Origin: an uncultured Acidobacteriota bacterium
GTDB taxonomy: Bacteria > Acidobacteriota > Vicinamibacteria > Vicinamibacterales > 2-12-FULL-66-21
Direction: 5' to 3'
DNA: 64,000 bases
Assembly (NCBI GenBank): GCA_963695655.1
Contig: CAVOHG010000001.1
Location: forward strand, 273,995 to 337,994
A model generated the notes under the pieces. The model did not search any database, was not told the origin of the DNA, and worked only from the letters and a program-made list of their open reading frames with translations. Below, piece after piece: positions 20,039 to 27,655 of the stretch (within the stretch, counting starts at the first letter, position 1; every line of letters starts with the position of its first letter). Both the position numbers and the translations under genes were made by a program.

Positions 20039-20069
20039 TAAACAGTGTTTAGCCGACTAACACCGTTAG
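20039..20069. promoter_or_regulatory. two adjacent palindromes upstream of tetR (candidate operator)
   Basis: TAAACA-G-TGTTTA at 20039-20051 and CTAAC-ACC-GTTAG at 20057-20069, AT-richer than surroundings, 7-37 nt upstream of the tetR start. Confidence 0.45.
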
Positions 20070-20105
20070 ACGTGCGCAGGCACGCGATGGTTCCCGGACG
20101 GGTAT

Positions 20106-20423
20106 ATGCTCGATTCCATGGAGAAAATCAGCCCGGAGAGGGCAAAAGACCTATTGCAGAAGCTCCCGGGATGGACCCTGGCAGGCGAAGCGATTTCGCG
20201 GCAGTTTACATTTGCCGGATTCCCCGACGCCGTTGCCTTCATCGTCCGTCTCGGATTTACGGCAGAGGCGGCCGACCATCACCCGGATCTGGCAGTCAAC
20301 TATCGACGCGTGACGGTCACTTACAGCACGCACAGCGAGGGAGGCCTGACCGAGAAGGACTTCGAGGGGGCGTCGGCCGCGAATACCGCCGCAGAATCGC
20401 TTGTCGGGGGCGACCGGCGCTGA
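20106..20423 (+). CDS. 4a-hydroxytetrahydrobiopterin (pterin-4a-carbinolamine) dehydratase
   Basis: 105 aa. LPGWTL...ISRQFTFAGFPDAVAFIVRLGFTAEAADHHPDLAVNYRRVTVTYSTH matches the PCD/DCoH fold signature. Confidence 0.85.
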   Translation: MLDSMEKISPERAKDLLQKLPGWTLAGEAISRQFTFAGFPDAVAFIVRLGFTAEAADHHPDLAVNYRRVTVTYSTHSEGGLTEKDFEGASAANTAAESLVGGDRR

Positions 20424-20429
20424 CGCGGT

Positions 20430-20717
20430 TCAGCCGATGGGGAAGATCGTGTCGAGGCCGTCCGCAGGCCTCGGAATCACGTGAACGCCGACGAGCTCGC
20501 CGACCCGTCGAGCCGCTGCGGCGCCCGCGTCGGTTGCTGCTTTGACCGATGCGACGTCGCCTCTCACCATCGCGGTGACCAGGCCGGCATCGACCTTCTG
20601 CCAGCCGACGAACACGACGTTGGCCGCCTTGACCATCGCGTCCGCCGCTTCGATCATCCCGACCAGGCCGCGGGTCTCGACCAATCCAAGCGCCTCGCCG
20701 GGCAGTTCGTTGGGCAT
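20430..20717 (-). CDS. bacterial microcompartment shell protein, BMC-H (Pfam00936-type, PduA/EutM/CcmK-like)
   Basis: 95 aa. [77 protein letters not shown] aligns residue-for-residue with canonical BMC-H sequences. Confidence 0.9.
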   Translation of the reverse strand: MPNELPGEALGLVETRGLVGMIEAADAMVKAANVVFVGWQKVDAGLVTAMVRGDVASVKAATDAGAAAARRVGELVGVHVIPRPADGLDTIFPIG

Positions 20718-20720
20718 ATT

Positions 20721-20898
20721 TCGGTTCGGGGTTCGGGGTTCCGGGGTTCGGGTTCAAGGTCCGATGCTTGAATCGTCGCTTCCGCCTTCAGGCCGACTTC
20801 GCGGCTCCGGCCTTCAGCTACAACACTGTGTGGCTTCCGCCTTCAGGCGGAAGAAACCCCGATTCCGGTACGACTGGAAACTGGAAACTGGTACTCGT
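20721..20898. repeat. composite repeat spacer: (GGGGTTC)n array, duplicated CTTCCGCCTTCAGG motif with a perfect hairpin, (NAACTGG)n array
   Basis: TCGGTTC GGGGTTC GGGGTTC CGGGGTTC GGGTTCA at 20721-20756. CTTCCGCCTTCAGG at 20780-20793 and 20834-20847, the second forming CTTCCGCC-TTCA-GGCGGAAG (20834-20853). CGACTGG AAACTGG AAACTGG at 20871-20891. Confidence 0.8.
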
Positions 20899-20922
20899 AA
20901 CGGAGTAGTTGCGCTCAGTCTA

Positions 20923-22101
20923 CTACGCAATCCGTCCGCGAGCCGACACCTCCAGCTGCTCCACGATCCCGGCGCCGTCAACCAGCCACACATCGTCGAC
21001 CAGGTTCGACACGACGCACGAGTGGTTTGGTACGACGCGTACGAGGTCACCAGGTTTGAGCCGTGAGGGGCGCGAAGATCTGACGACCGCGTGCTCTTCT
21101 GAGAGGCGCTCGATCACGAGCGAAGGATCCGGCGTCACCGAGTCGAGTGCATCGAAGACGATGCCGTGGCCCGGCTGTGGACCCGGTCCGCGGACCAGGT
21201 CACTCGAGAGTGTCTTGCTGCCGCAATCCAGGATGATCCGGTCACTGCCGTGTGTCGTCACGACTCGGGCAAGGACCGTCAATGCGCAGTCGTCCCACGA
21301 CGCGGAGCCAAGGGCGACCTGCATGCGGTCGTAATAAACGTAGTTACCCGGACGCAGCTCAGTAATGCCATCGACTACGGCGCTGAACCGGGCGGTTGGC
21401 GTCGCGCCGACGCTGATCTCGTCCACCTGCACACCGAGCGTCCTGACCTGTTCGGCCAGTGACGTCAGGACCGCCCCCTCGAGCTGCGCTATGGCCTGCA
21501 CTTCACCCGGTGAGGCTGCGGCATATGCGTGCCCGGCGTGACTCAGCAGCCCGCGAAATCGAAGTCCCGGCAGGTTGGCGACCCGGGCGATGAATGCCGC
21601 GGCATCAGGCGCTCCGGGGTCGATTCCGCAGCGATGGAGACCGACATCCACCTTGACCAGGACGTCGACGAGACGACCAGCGGCCGCGAGGCGCGCCGAC
21701 CATTCGCCGGCGACCGCAGGGTTGTCGACGATGAAGGACAGTCTCGTGCGCTCGACGAGCGCCAGCACGCGATCGATGTTGACCGGGTTGAGTGGATAGG
21801 CGATGCGGATGTCCTCCAACCCGGCCGCGGCAAAGATCTCGGCCTCGCCGAGCTTCGCGCAGGTGATGCCGCGTGCGCCGCGGGTCAGCTGCTGCCTTGC
21901 GATGGCGACGCTCTTGTGAGTCTTGGCGTGAGGCCGGAGTGCTCGTCCAGTCGCGTCGACAGCGGCCTGCATCCTGTCGATATTGCGCGCGAGGCGCGAC
22001 TGTTCGATGAGCACCGAGGGGGTTGGCAAGTCCGTGAGGCGCACGGGCCAGTCTAGCGCGCGGGAATCGGCCAGTCCAACACGCGTTGGCAGGGGGTTCA
22101 C
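20923..22101 (-). CDS. D-TA family PLP enzyme (D-threonine aldolase / D-serine dehydratase-like, alanine-racemase N-terminal fold)
   Basis: 392 aa. LPTPSVLIEQSRLARNIDRM...LRPHAKTHKSVAIARQQ (PLP-Lys), C-terminal D-serine-dehydratase-like domain. GTG start at 22101. Confidence 0.8.
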   Translation of the reverse strand: MNPLPTRVGLADSRALDWPVRLTDLPTPSVLIEQSRLARNIDRMQAAVDATGRALRPHAKTHKSVAIARQQLTRGARGITCAKLGEAEIFAAAGLEDIRIAYPLNPVNIDRVLALVERTRLSFIVDNPAVAGEWSARLAAAGRLVDVLVKVDVGLHRCGIDPGAPDAAAFIARVANLPGLRFRGLLSHAGHAYAAASPGEVQAIAQLEGAVLTSLAEQVRTLGVQVDEISVGATPTARFSAVVDGITELRPGNYVYYDRMQVALGSASWDDCALTVLARVVTTHGSDRIILDCGSKTLSSDLVRGPGPQPGHGIVFDALDSVTPDPSLVIERLSEEHAVVRSSRPSRLKPGDLVRVVPNHSCVVSNLVDDVWLVDGAGIVEQLEVSARGRIA

Positions 22102-22107
22102 TTCAAG

Positions 22108-22465
22108 TAACCAGTCGCCAGTCGCCAGTCGCCAGTCGCCAGTCAGCCAGGAGCCAGGGGCCAGGGGCCAGGAGCCAGTAACCAGTAACCAGTCGCCAGT
22201 ATCCGGAAGCCGAGGCGGGAAGCTGAAAAACTGTTAGCTCATAGCTGATGTCTGAGAACTGAGAACTGATTGCTGAGAACTGATTGCTGAGAACTGATTG
22301 CTGAGAACTGAATGCTGAGAACTGATTGCTGAGAACTGATTGCTGAGAACTGATTGCTGAGAACTGATTGCTAACTGCTGAGAACTGAGAGCTGAGAACT
22401 GAATGCTGACTGCTGAAAACTGATTGCTGATAGCTGAAGTCTGATAGCTGTCGGCTGTCAGCTGC
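22108..22465. repeat. bipartite heptamer array: 13 x NNNCCAG (22108-22199), degenerate linker, 35 x NNNCTGA (22221-22465)
   Basis: Segmented by hand. The second block has 35 consecutive 7-mers without any indel, 29 ending CTGA, mostly alternating GAACTGA/TTGCTGA. Fills the whole gap between the DUF1501 stop and the D-TA start. Confidence 0.92.
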
Positions 22466-22466
22466 C

Positions 22467-23700
22467 TCAGAACATCCCGAGTGCCCGCCCTTCCGTAAAT
22501 CCGGGGAACACTGCGTGCGTGTTCGTCAGGCCGAGATGCCCGCGCAGGACTTCCGAGAACACCGTGCGGAAGTCGGTGGTCACGGCGAGGTCGCGGCCGT
22601 CGTGCCGCTGCTCGAGTGCGAGGCCTGGCCATTGCCCATACACGCGGCCGCCGCGGACGCGCCCGCCGAGCACCAGCATCGCGTTCCCGTGGCCGTGGTC
22701 GGTGCCGCGGTTGCCATTCTCGACCACCGCCCGGCCGAACTCCGACATGGTGAGAATCACCACGTCCTGCATGCGGTCGCCGAGATCGCGGACGAGGGCG
22801 GCAAGGCCGCGACCGAGATCGTCCAGCCGACCGGCGAGCTGACCGGTTGCGGCGCCCTGGTTGACATGGTGATCCCAGTTCCCTGACTCTGCGAACGCGA
22901 TCTCGAGACCGACGTTGGCCTTGACGAGCTGTGCGATCTGGCGCAGTGCCTGGCCGAATGCCGATCTCGGGTAATCCGCGCCGTTAGCGGGCGTGTACTG
23001 CTGGGGATTTGCCGCGTCCAACATGCGGACGGCTTCGAACGCTTCCTGGCCGGTCGTGTGCAGGACGCTCGCCGCGGCGGCGGCGTACTGGTCCTCGAAG
23101 GCCGAACGAGTGGTTCCACTCGCGGATCCTCCGCGGATACCGAAGTCGCTGATCTGGCCGATCGCCAGCGCGGGTTCCCTGCCCTGGAGTGCGCGCGGCA
23201 GTTGCGGCGCGAGCGCGACGGCGCGAAACGGGGTTGCGGCCTCGTGCTCGCGGGCGTGGAGAAACCGGTTCAGCCAGCCGTCGGTCGGTACTCTTGATGC
23301 CCGGCGTGGCTGTTTCCATGTAGTCCTGCGCATCGAAATGCGACCGCGTCGCATCAGGAGAGCCGCAGGCGTGCACCACCGCGAGCTGGCCCGCCGCATA
23401 CCACGGTGCCAGCGGCGAGAGCCGCGGGTGGAATCCGAAGAAGCCGTCCAGGTCGATTGCCGCATCCGCGCTGCCTCGCGGTGGTGCGATCGCCAGCGTC
23501 GGTCGCGCCGCATAGTAGTTGCGTTCACCAAACGGCACGATCATGTTCAGGCCGTCGACGGCGCCGCGCTGGAAAATCGTGATCAGCGTCTTGCCGCCGG
23601 GGTTCGCACTCGCCACCGCACGGGCGACGAACGCCGGTGCGAAGCCGAGGCTCACGAGCGCGAGTCCACCGTTCTTGAGGAAGATGCGGCGTGAAACCAT
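22467..23700 (-). pseudogene. DUF1501 (sulfatase-like) protein with Tat-type signal, one apparent +1 frameshift
   Basis: N-terminal MVSRRIFLKNGGLALVSLGFAPAFVARAV...DAQDYMETATPGIKSTD in one frame. DGWLNRFL...NGNRGTDHGHGNAMLVLGG...TDFRTVFSEVL in the next. The junction lies at a tandem GTCGGTCG (23280-23287); deleting one GTCG restores ...KSTDGWLNRF. Confidence 0.8.
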
Positions 23701-23706
23701 GGCCCT

Positions 23707-25320
23707 CTACTTTCGCTGGAATTCTGGCGAGCCGAGCAGCAAGGCGATTCCCTGCGCCGGATCGGCGGCGCGCGCGACCGTGGACCGTGTCGACTCGGCG
23801 ATATCCTCGGCCAGCACGTCCCGTGCGATACCATCGCGTGCCCGGTCGATGGTGTCCGGCGGCCCGGCCGTCCACGGTGCGATGACTCCTTTGACGTCTC
23901 CGCGCGTCAGCGCAACCGCGAAGTTCATACGGTTGAGCAGCGCGCCGGTGTTGACCCATGCGTCGGCGCGGTCCGTGTACCCGGTCGGCGGCTGACAGTA
24001 ATAAAGCGGCATCCCCATCTCCCGCGTCGCGCGGACAAGGGGCTGCGCGTTGTTCGCGTCGAACCCGCTCGCACGGATTGCACTCGCCACGAAGTCGAAT
24101 GGTGTCTTGACCTTGGCGCGATAGGCCGCTGGTGCGAAGAACTCCGGAGCAGTCACGATCGTGCGGACCACGGCCCGGATATCCCCCCGGGTGGCTGCAA
24201 ACGTGGCTGCCGCACGATCGACGAGTGCCGTAGGTGGATCGTCGGCGACGAACCGGCGCGCGAGCTTCGTCGCGATGAACCTGGCGGTGGCGGGATGCGC
24301 CGCCAGGATGTCGAGCACCTGCTCGCCATCGCTCTCTTCACCACCCGCGCGAATGTGATGGCCGAGGACTGTTTTGCTGCCGTCGTCGTGCATCCGCCGA
24401 TCGAAACGAAACGAACCACCCTGCCGGGGTGTCGAAATCGTCCAGCCAGTGAAGGCCCGTGCGACTTCTTCGACGTCATGCTGGGTGTAGCCACCATCGA
24501 CGCCGAGCGTGTGCAGCTCCATCAGTTCGCGAGCGTAGTTCTCATTCAGTCCTCGCGGGCGCTGGGCGGTGCCTGTAGCCTGGGTTGGCCGGCCGCGCCG
24601 AGGGTTCTTCATCTCGGCCTCGGCGGTAGCGCTTTGCCAGTTATCCAGGTAGAAGAGCATCGCGGGACTGCGTGCAGTGGCGCCCAGAAGGTCACGGAAC
24701 CTGCCGAGCACGTGTGGCCGGATCGCGTCGCGTTCGTACTCGGTCAGATAGATCCGCGTCGCCCCTTTGCCAGCGAATACGTTGAAGTGATTGAACCAGA
24801 AATCGACCATCACTTCTTCGAGCTGGCGTTCGCTGTATGCCGCGCGCAGCACCTTCTGTTCGGCAAGCTCAGAAAGGACCTTTCTTTCCTGCGTCATCAA
24901 CGTACGTTCGAGCGGTGTGCGCGAACGCTGGTTCATCGTGGTGACCTCGGGGGCCGCAGTCCCGTCCACCTGCAGGCGCGCCGTGCGCCGCCGTTCCATC
25001 ATGGCGGGCACGAAATAACGCTCAGCGAGCTGCTTCGTACTCAGGTTGAGCGTGAGGAGTGGGCCGAGACGCGTCGCGAGATCGGCGTTGGGGATTGAAC
25101 CCGGGTCGAGCTGCTGGTCGATGTAGCGAGCCAGCCCGAGATGCCGGATTCGCTCGACATCGGCAGGCGCGGGACCGAACCCGATCCGGTTGAGCACGTG
25201 AACGATGGTCTTGTCGTCAGGGTGGGCCGGGACTGCCGAACGTGCTGGCGCTGCCGGCAGCACCGCCGTGCTACCCGCGAACAGCGCGACAGAGAGCCGG
25301 AGTGCAGCTCGTACGACCAT
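23707..25320 (-). CDS. DUF1800 domain protein (usual partner of DUF1501)
   Basis: VDFWFNHFNVFAGKG...SPAMLFYLDNWQS...LMELHTLGVDGGYTQHDV are DUF1800 hallmarks. Signal-like MVVRAALRLSVALFAGSTAVLPA from ATG 25320 (the track start 25356 is possible). Confidence 0.8.
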   Translation of the reverse strand: MVVRAALRLSVALFAGSTAVLPAAPARSAVPAHPDDKTIVHVLNRIGFGPAPADVERIRHLGLARYIDQQLDPGSIPNADLATRLGPLLTLNLSTKQLAERYFVPAMMERRRTARLQVDGTAAPEVTTMNQRSRTPLERTLMTQERKVLSELAEQKVLRAAYSERQLEEVMVDFWFNHFNVFAGKGATRIYLTEYERDAIRPHVLGRFRDLLGATARSPAMLFYLDNWQSATAEAEMKNPRRGRPTQATGTAQRPRGLNENYARELMELHTLGVDGGYTQHDVEEVARAFTGWTISTPRQGGSFRFDRRMHDDGSKTVLGHHIRAGGEESDGEQVLDILAAHPATARFIATKLARRFVADDPPTALVDRAAATFAATRGDIRAVVRTIVTAPEFFAPAAYRAKVKTPFDFVASAIRASGFDANNAQPLVRATREMGMPLYYCQPPTGYTDRADAWVNTGALLNRMNFAVALTRGDVKGVIAPWTAGPPDTIDRARDGIARDVLAEDIAESTRSTVARAADPAQGIALLLGSPEFQRK

Positions 25321-25487
25321 GTGACCTCTCGGCGGGCAGAGTTCCCCCGCGTGCATGCGTGCGTGAACAACTTGCTGAAGCGATGAATTACAAACCTGCG
25401 ACCGGGCGATGCCGCCGGCGAGTCAGTCTGTAGGGTTAGACCGCACGAGAGCCCCCAGGGTTAAAACCCCGAGGCACCGACGGCCGA

Positions 25488-27581
25488 TCACTCGAGGATT
25501 GCGGCGGCGCGGTCGAGCGCTGCGGCGAGCCGGCGGACCTGGACCAGGAGCTCATCGGGGTCCTTCGCCTCCACTGCTTCGGTGACACCGGGCAGCACCT
25601 CTGGCGCGTAGGTCGGTCGCGGCGCGTACACGAGGTGGCGGTACCATGGCCGTCGCGGCAGGCCTTCCTCCGCAAGCAGCGCTCGCTCGACGCTGAGGAT
25701 CCTTCGGTTCGACAACTCGAGTGCTCTGGCATCGTTGCGCGTCAGTGCGTCGGTGCGCATGCGGCCGTATGCCGCAGCCGCACGCTGCATCCGATCGGCC
25801 GCGCGCGTGAGATCCGCAAACGCTGGCGCGGTCGCCTGCGACACAATCGATGGGGGAGCGACCTCGCGGATGAAGCCCTGGATGCGTTCAGCATAGTCCT
25901 CGTAATCGAGTGGTATGGCATCCGCGTTCGCGAGCCGCAGGGCCACGATGCCCCACAGCCGGACCAGTGCTGCGTGATACCTGAAGCCGGGATCGCCAAC
26001 GTCAGAAACCCATCTGTGAGTGTCGTAGAGGGAGTGGTAGACGCTGTAGGGACCGGTGAAGCTGAGGTCCGCGACCGGGATCCCGAGATGGTTCAGGAAC
26101 ACCGTGTAATCGGAGCCGCCACCTACTCGGTTGTCGACCAGGTCTCCCGCTCGTCCGGCAGACATTGACCCGATCTCTCTCGCGCGGCGATCGCGGGTCA
26201 CCGCCGCGACGGAGGGCCCGGTCGGATCGCGAACGGTCTGGGCTGCTTCCGCGATCACACGGTTCAACGCCGGCACTCCGGCTGCGGTGAAGTTCGGCCC
26301 GGAAGCCGCGCTGTCAACGTTGATGTAGGCGACGGCGTTTCGCGACAGCGACCCGGCGTTCTGCTCGCCCCACTCGGTCGACGACGTGAGCGCGAACTCC
26401 TCGGCATCCCAGCTGGCAAAGAGAATCGAGCGTTGCGGCCGCCACCCGGATCGCGTGAGCTCGCCGAGCGTGCGCACCAGCTCGATCAACGCCGCTGTTC
26501 CGCTTGACGGATCCACGCCGCCATAAATCCACGCGTCCCGATGGTTCCCCACGATCACCACGTCGCCTGGTTCGCGGCTGCCGCGAATCGTCCCGGTGAC
26601 CGTCCACACCGGCCTGATGCGCTGATCGATGCGCACCCGCAGGTGGACCATCGCCCCCGTTGTCTGGCGAAACCGCTGTGCGTCGGCGGCAGAGATCGGA
26701 ACGCTGATGATCGTCGGAAGCGACGCGGCTTCGGCGGCACCAATCCGTCGCGCTCCAGGAACGGACGCCCATCCAGGCGTCAGCGGATCGCCAGGAACGA
26801 TGAAGTCGTACGGGATGCCGCCACGCTCGATGACGTTTGACGGCAACGACGATCCGTCGCGGGAGGAACTCTGGCCCGGCAGGGGCTCGGCTTGCACCTC
26901 TGTGTACAAGAGGATGGCGACGGCGCCGTGCTGTTCCGCGGTGAACACCTTCGCCCCTCGATACGTACGGGTATGGAGTACTTGATTCCGGACCAGGACG
27001 ATACGCCCGCGGACGTCGACGCCCCGGCGAGCGAGTGCATCGTAGTCGGCGGCATCGCCGTCTCCCGCATTGACAACTGGCGCCGTCACGTCCCCCGAGG
27101 CGGAGTATGCGTGGTATGGGATGCCCGCTGTTGCCGCCGGTAGCGCCGTGTAACTGTCTCCAGCCAGGGGCTCCTCCTGGAGCGTCGCTCGCCACGCGAC
27201 CGGTGCCGTCATCTCGACCACGACCTCCTCAGGTCGCGGCAGCAGTACGTCGTGTGTGGTGATCTCGACGTCCTCGAGTCCCGCCGCCGCGAAGCGATCG
27301 CGGATGAGGATCATCAGCTCGTAGTCACGATCCGAGCCGGCTGGGTGCGGTTCGCCGGCGAGTACGGCGTGCTCCTCACGTATCCGCGAGGTGTCCTGCA
27401 ACGACAGGAACCGGCGCTCGATCGACGCTTCAATCGCCGCATGCTCGGGCGCGAACCCGAACATCGAGGGAGGTGGCTTCTGCCATCCTGCCGCGGCAAC
27501 GAGTGCGGCGACCGCGAGCGCGGCGACGACGACCACGATGGGGACCATGTGGGTCGCTGGTCGCGGTTCGATGTCAATCAT
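25488..27581 (-). CDS. M28-family zinc peptidase, glutamate carboxypeptidase II / transferrin-receptor-like architecture
   Basis: N-terminal TM anchor, PA-domain region, M28 core (GNHRDAWIYGGVDPSSGTAALIE...FASWDAEEFALTSSTEW), C-terminal TfR-like dimerisation region (RPWYRHLVYAPRPTYA). Confidence 0.8.
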   Translation of the reverse strand: MIDIEPRPATHMVPIVVVVAALAVAALVAAAGWQKPPPSMFGFAPEHAAIEASIERRFLSLQDTSRIREEHAVLAGEPHPAGSDRDYELMILIRDRFAAAGLEDVEITTHDVLLPRPEEVVVEMTAPVAWRATLQEEPLAGDSYTALPAATAGIPYHAYSASGDVTAPVVNAGDGDAADYDALARRGVDVRGRIVLVRNQVLHTRTYRGAKVFTAEQHGAVAILLYTEVQAEPLPGQSSSRDGSSLPSNVIERGGIPYDFIVPGDPLTPGWASVPGARRIGAAEAASLPTIISVPISAADAQRFRQTTGAMVHLRVRIDQRIRPVWTVTGTIRGSREPGDVVIVGNHRDAWIYGGVDPSSGTAALIELVRTLGELTRSGWRPQRSILFASWDAEEFALTSSTEWGEQNAGSLSRNAVAYINVDSAASGPNFTAAGVPALNRVIAEAAQTVRDPTGPSVAAVTRDRRAREIGSMSAGRAGDLVDNRVGGGSDYTVFLNHLGIPVADLSFTGPYSVYHSLYDTHRWVSDVGDPGFRYHAALVRLWGIVALRLANADAIPLDYEDYAERIQGFIREVAPPSIVSQATAPAFADLTRAADRMQRAAAAYGRMRTDALTRNDARALELSNRRILSVERALLAEEGLPRRPWYRHLVYAPRPTYAPEVLPGVTEAVEAKDPDELLVQVRRLAAALDRAAAILE

Positions 27582-27655
27582 CAGGTTGCAGCCCCGCCAG
27601 GTTCAGACCCGAACGATTGTGGCCTGCGCCGATCGAGAAATGGTACAACCACCCG

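Noticed and set aside
22108-22465. Possible CRISPR array.
   Set aside because: The units are 7 nt and contiguous, with no 25-40-nt repeats, no unique spacers, and no cas genes in the window.
22234-22632. 132-aa ORF giving a heptad-like peptide (SNQFSAISSQQSVL...) across the 22-kb array.
   Set aside because: It is simply the translation of 7-nt DNA repeats (21-nt periodicity) on the strand that lacks stop codons. There is no start context, no SD, and it fuses into the 3' end of the DUF1501 frame region.
27473-27655. Upstream part of the 505-aa permease ORF.
   Set aside because: It overlaps the 5' end of the divergent M28 gene and encodes an Arg-rich non-membrane sequence. The in-frame GTG 27656 or TTG 27617 give a normal APC-permease N-terminus.
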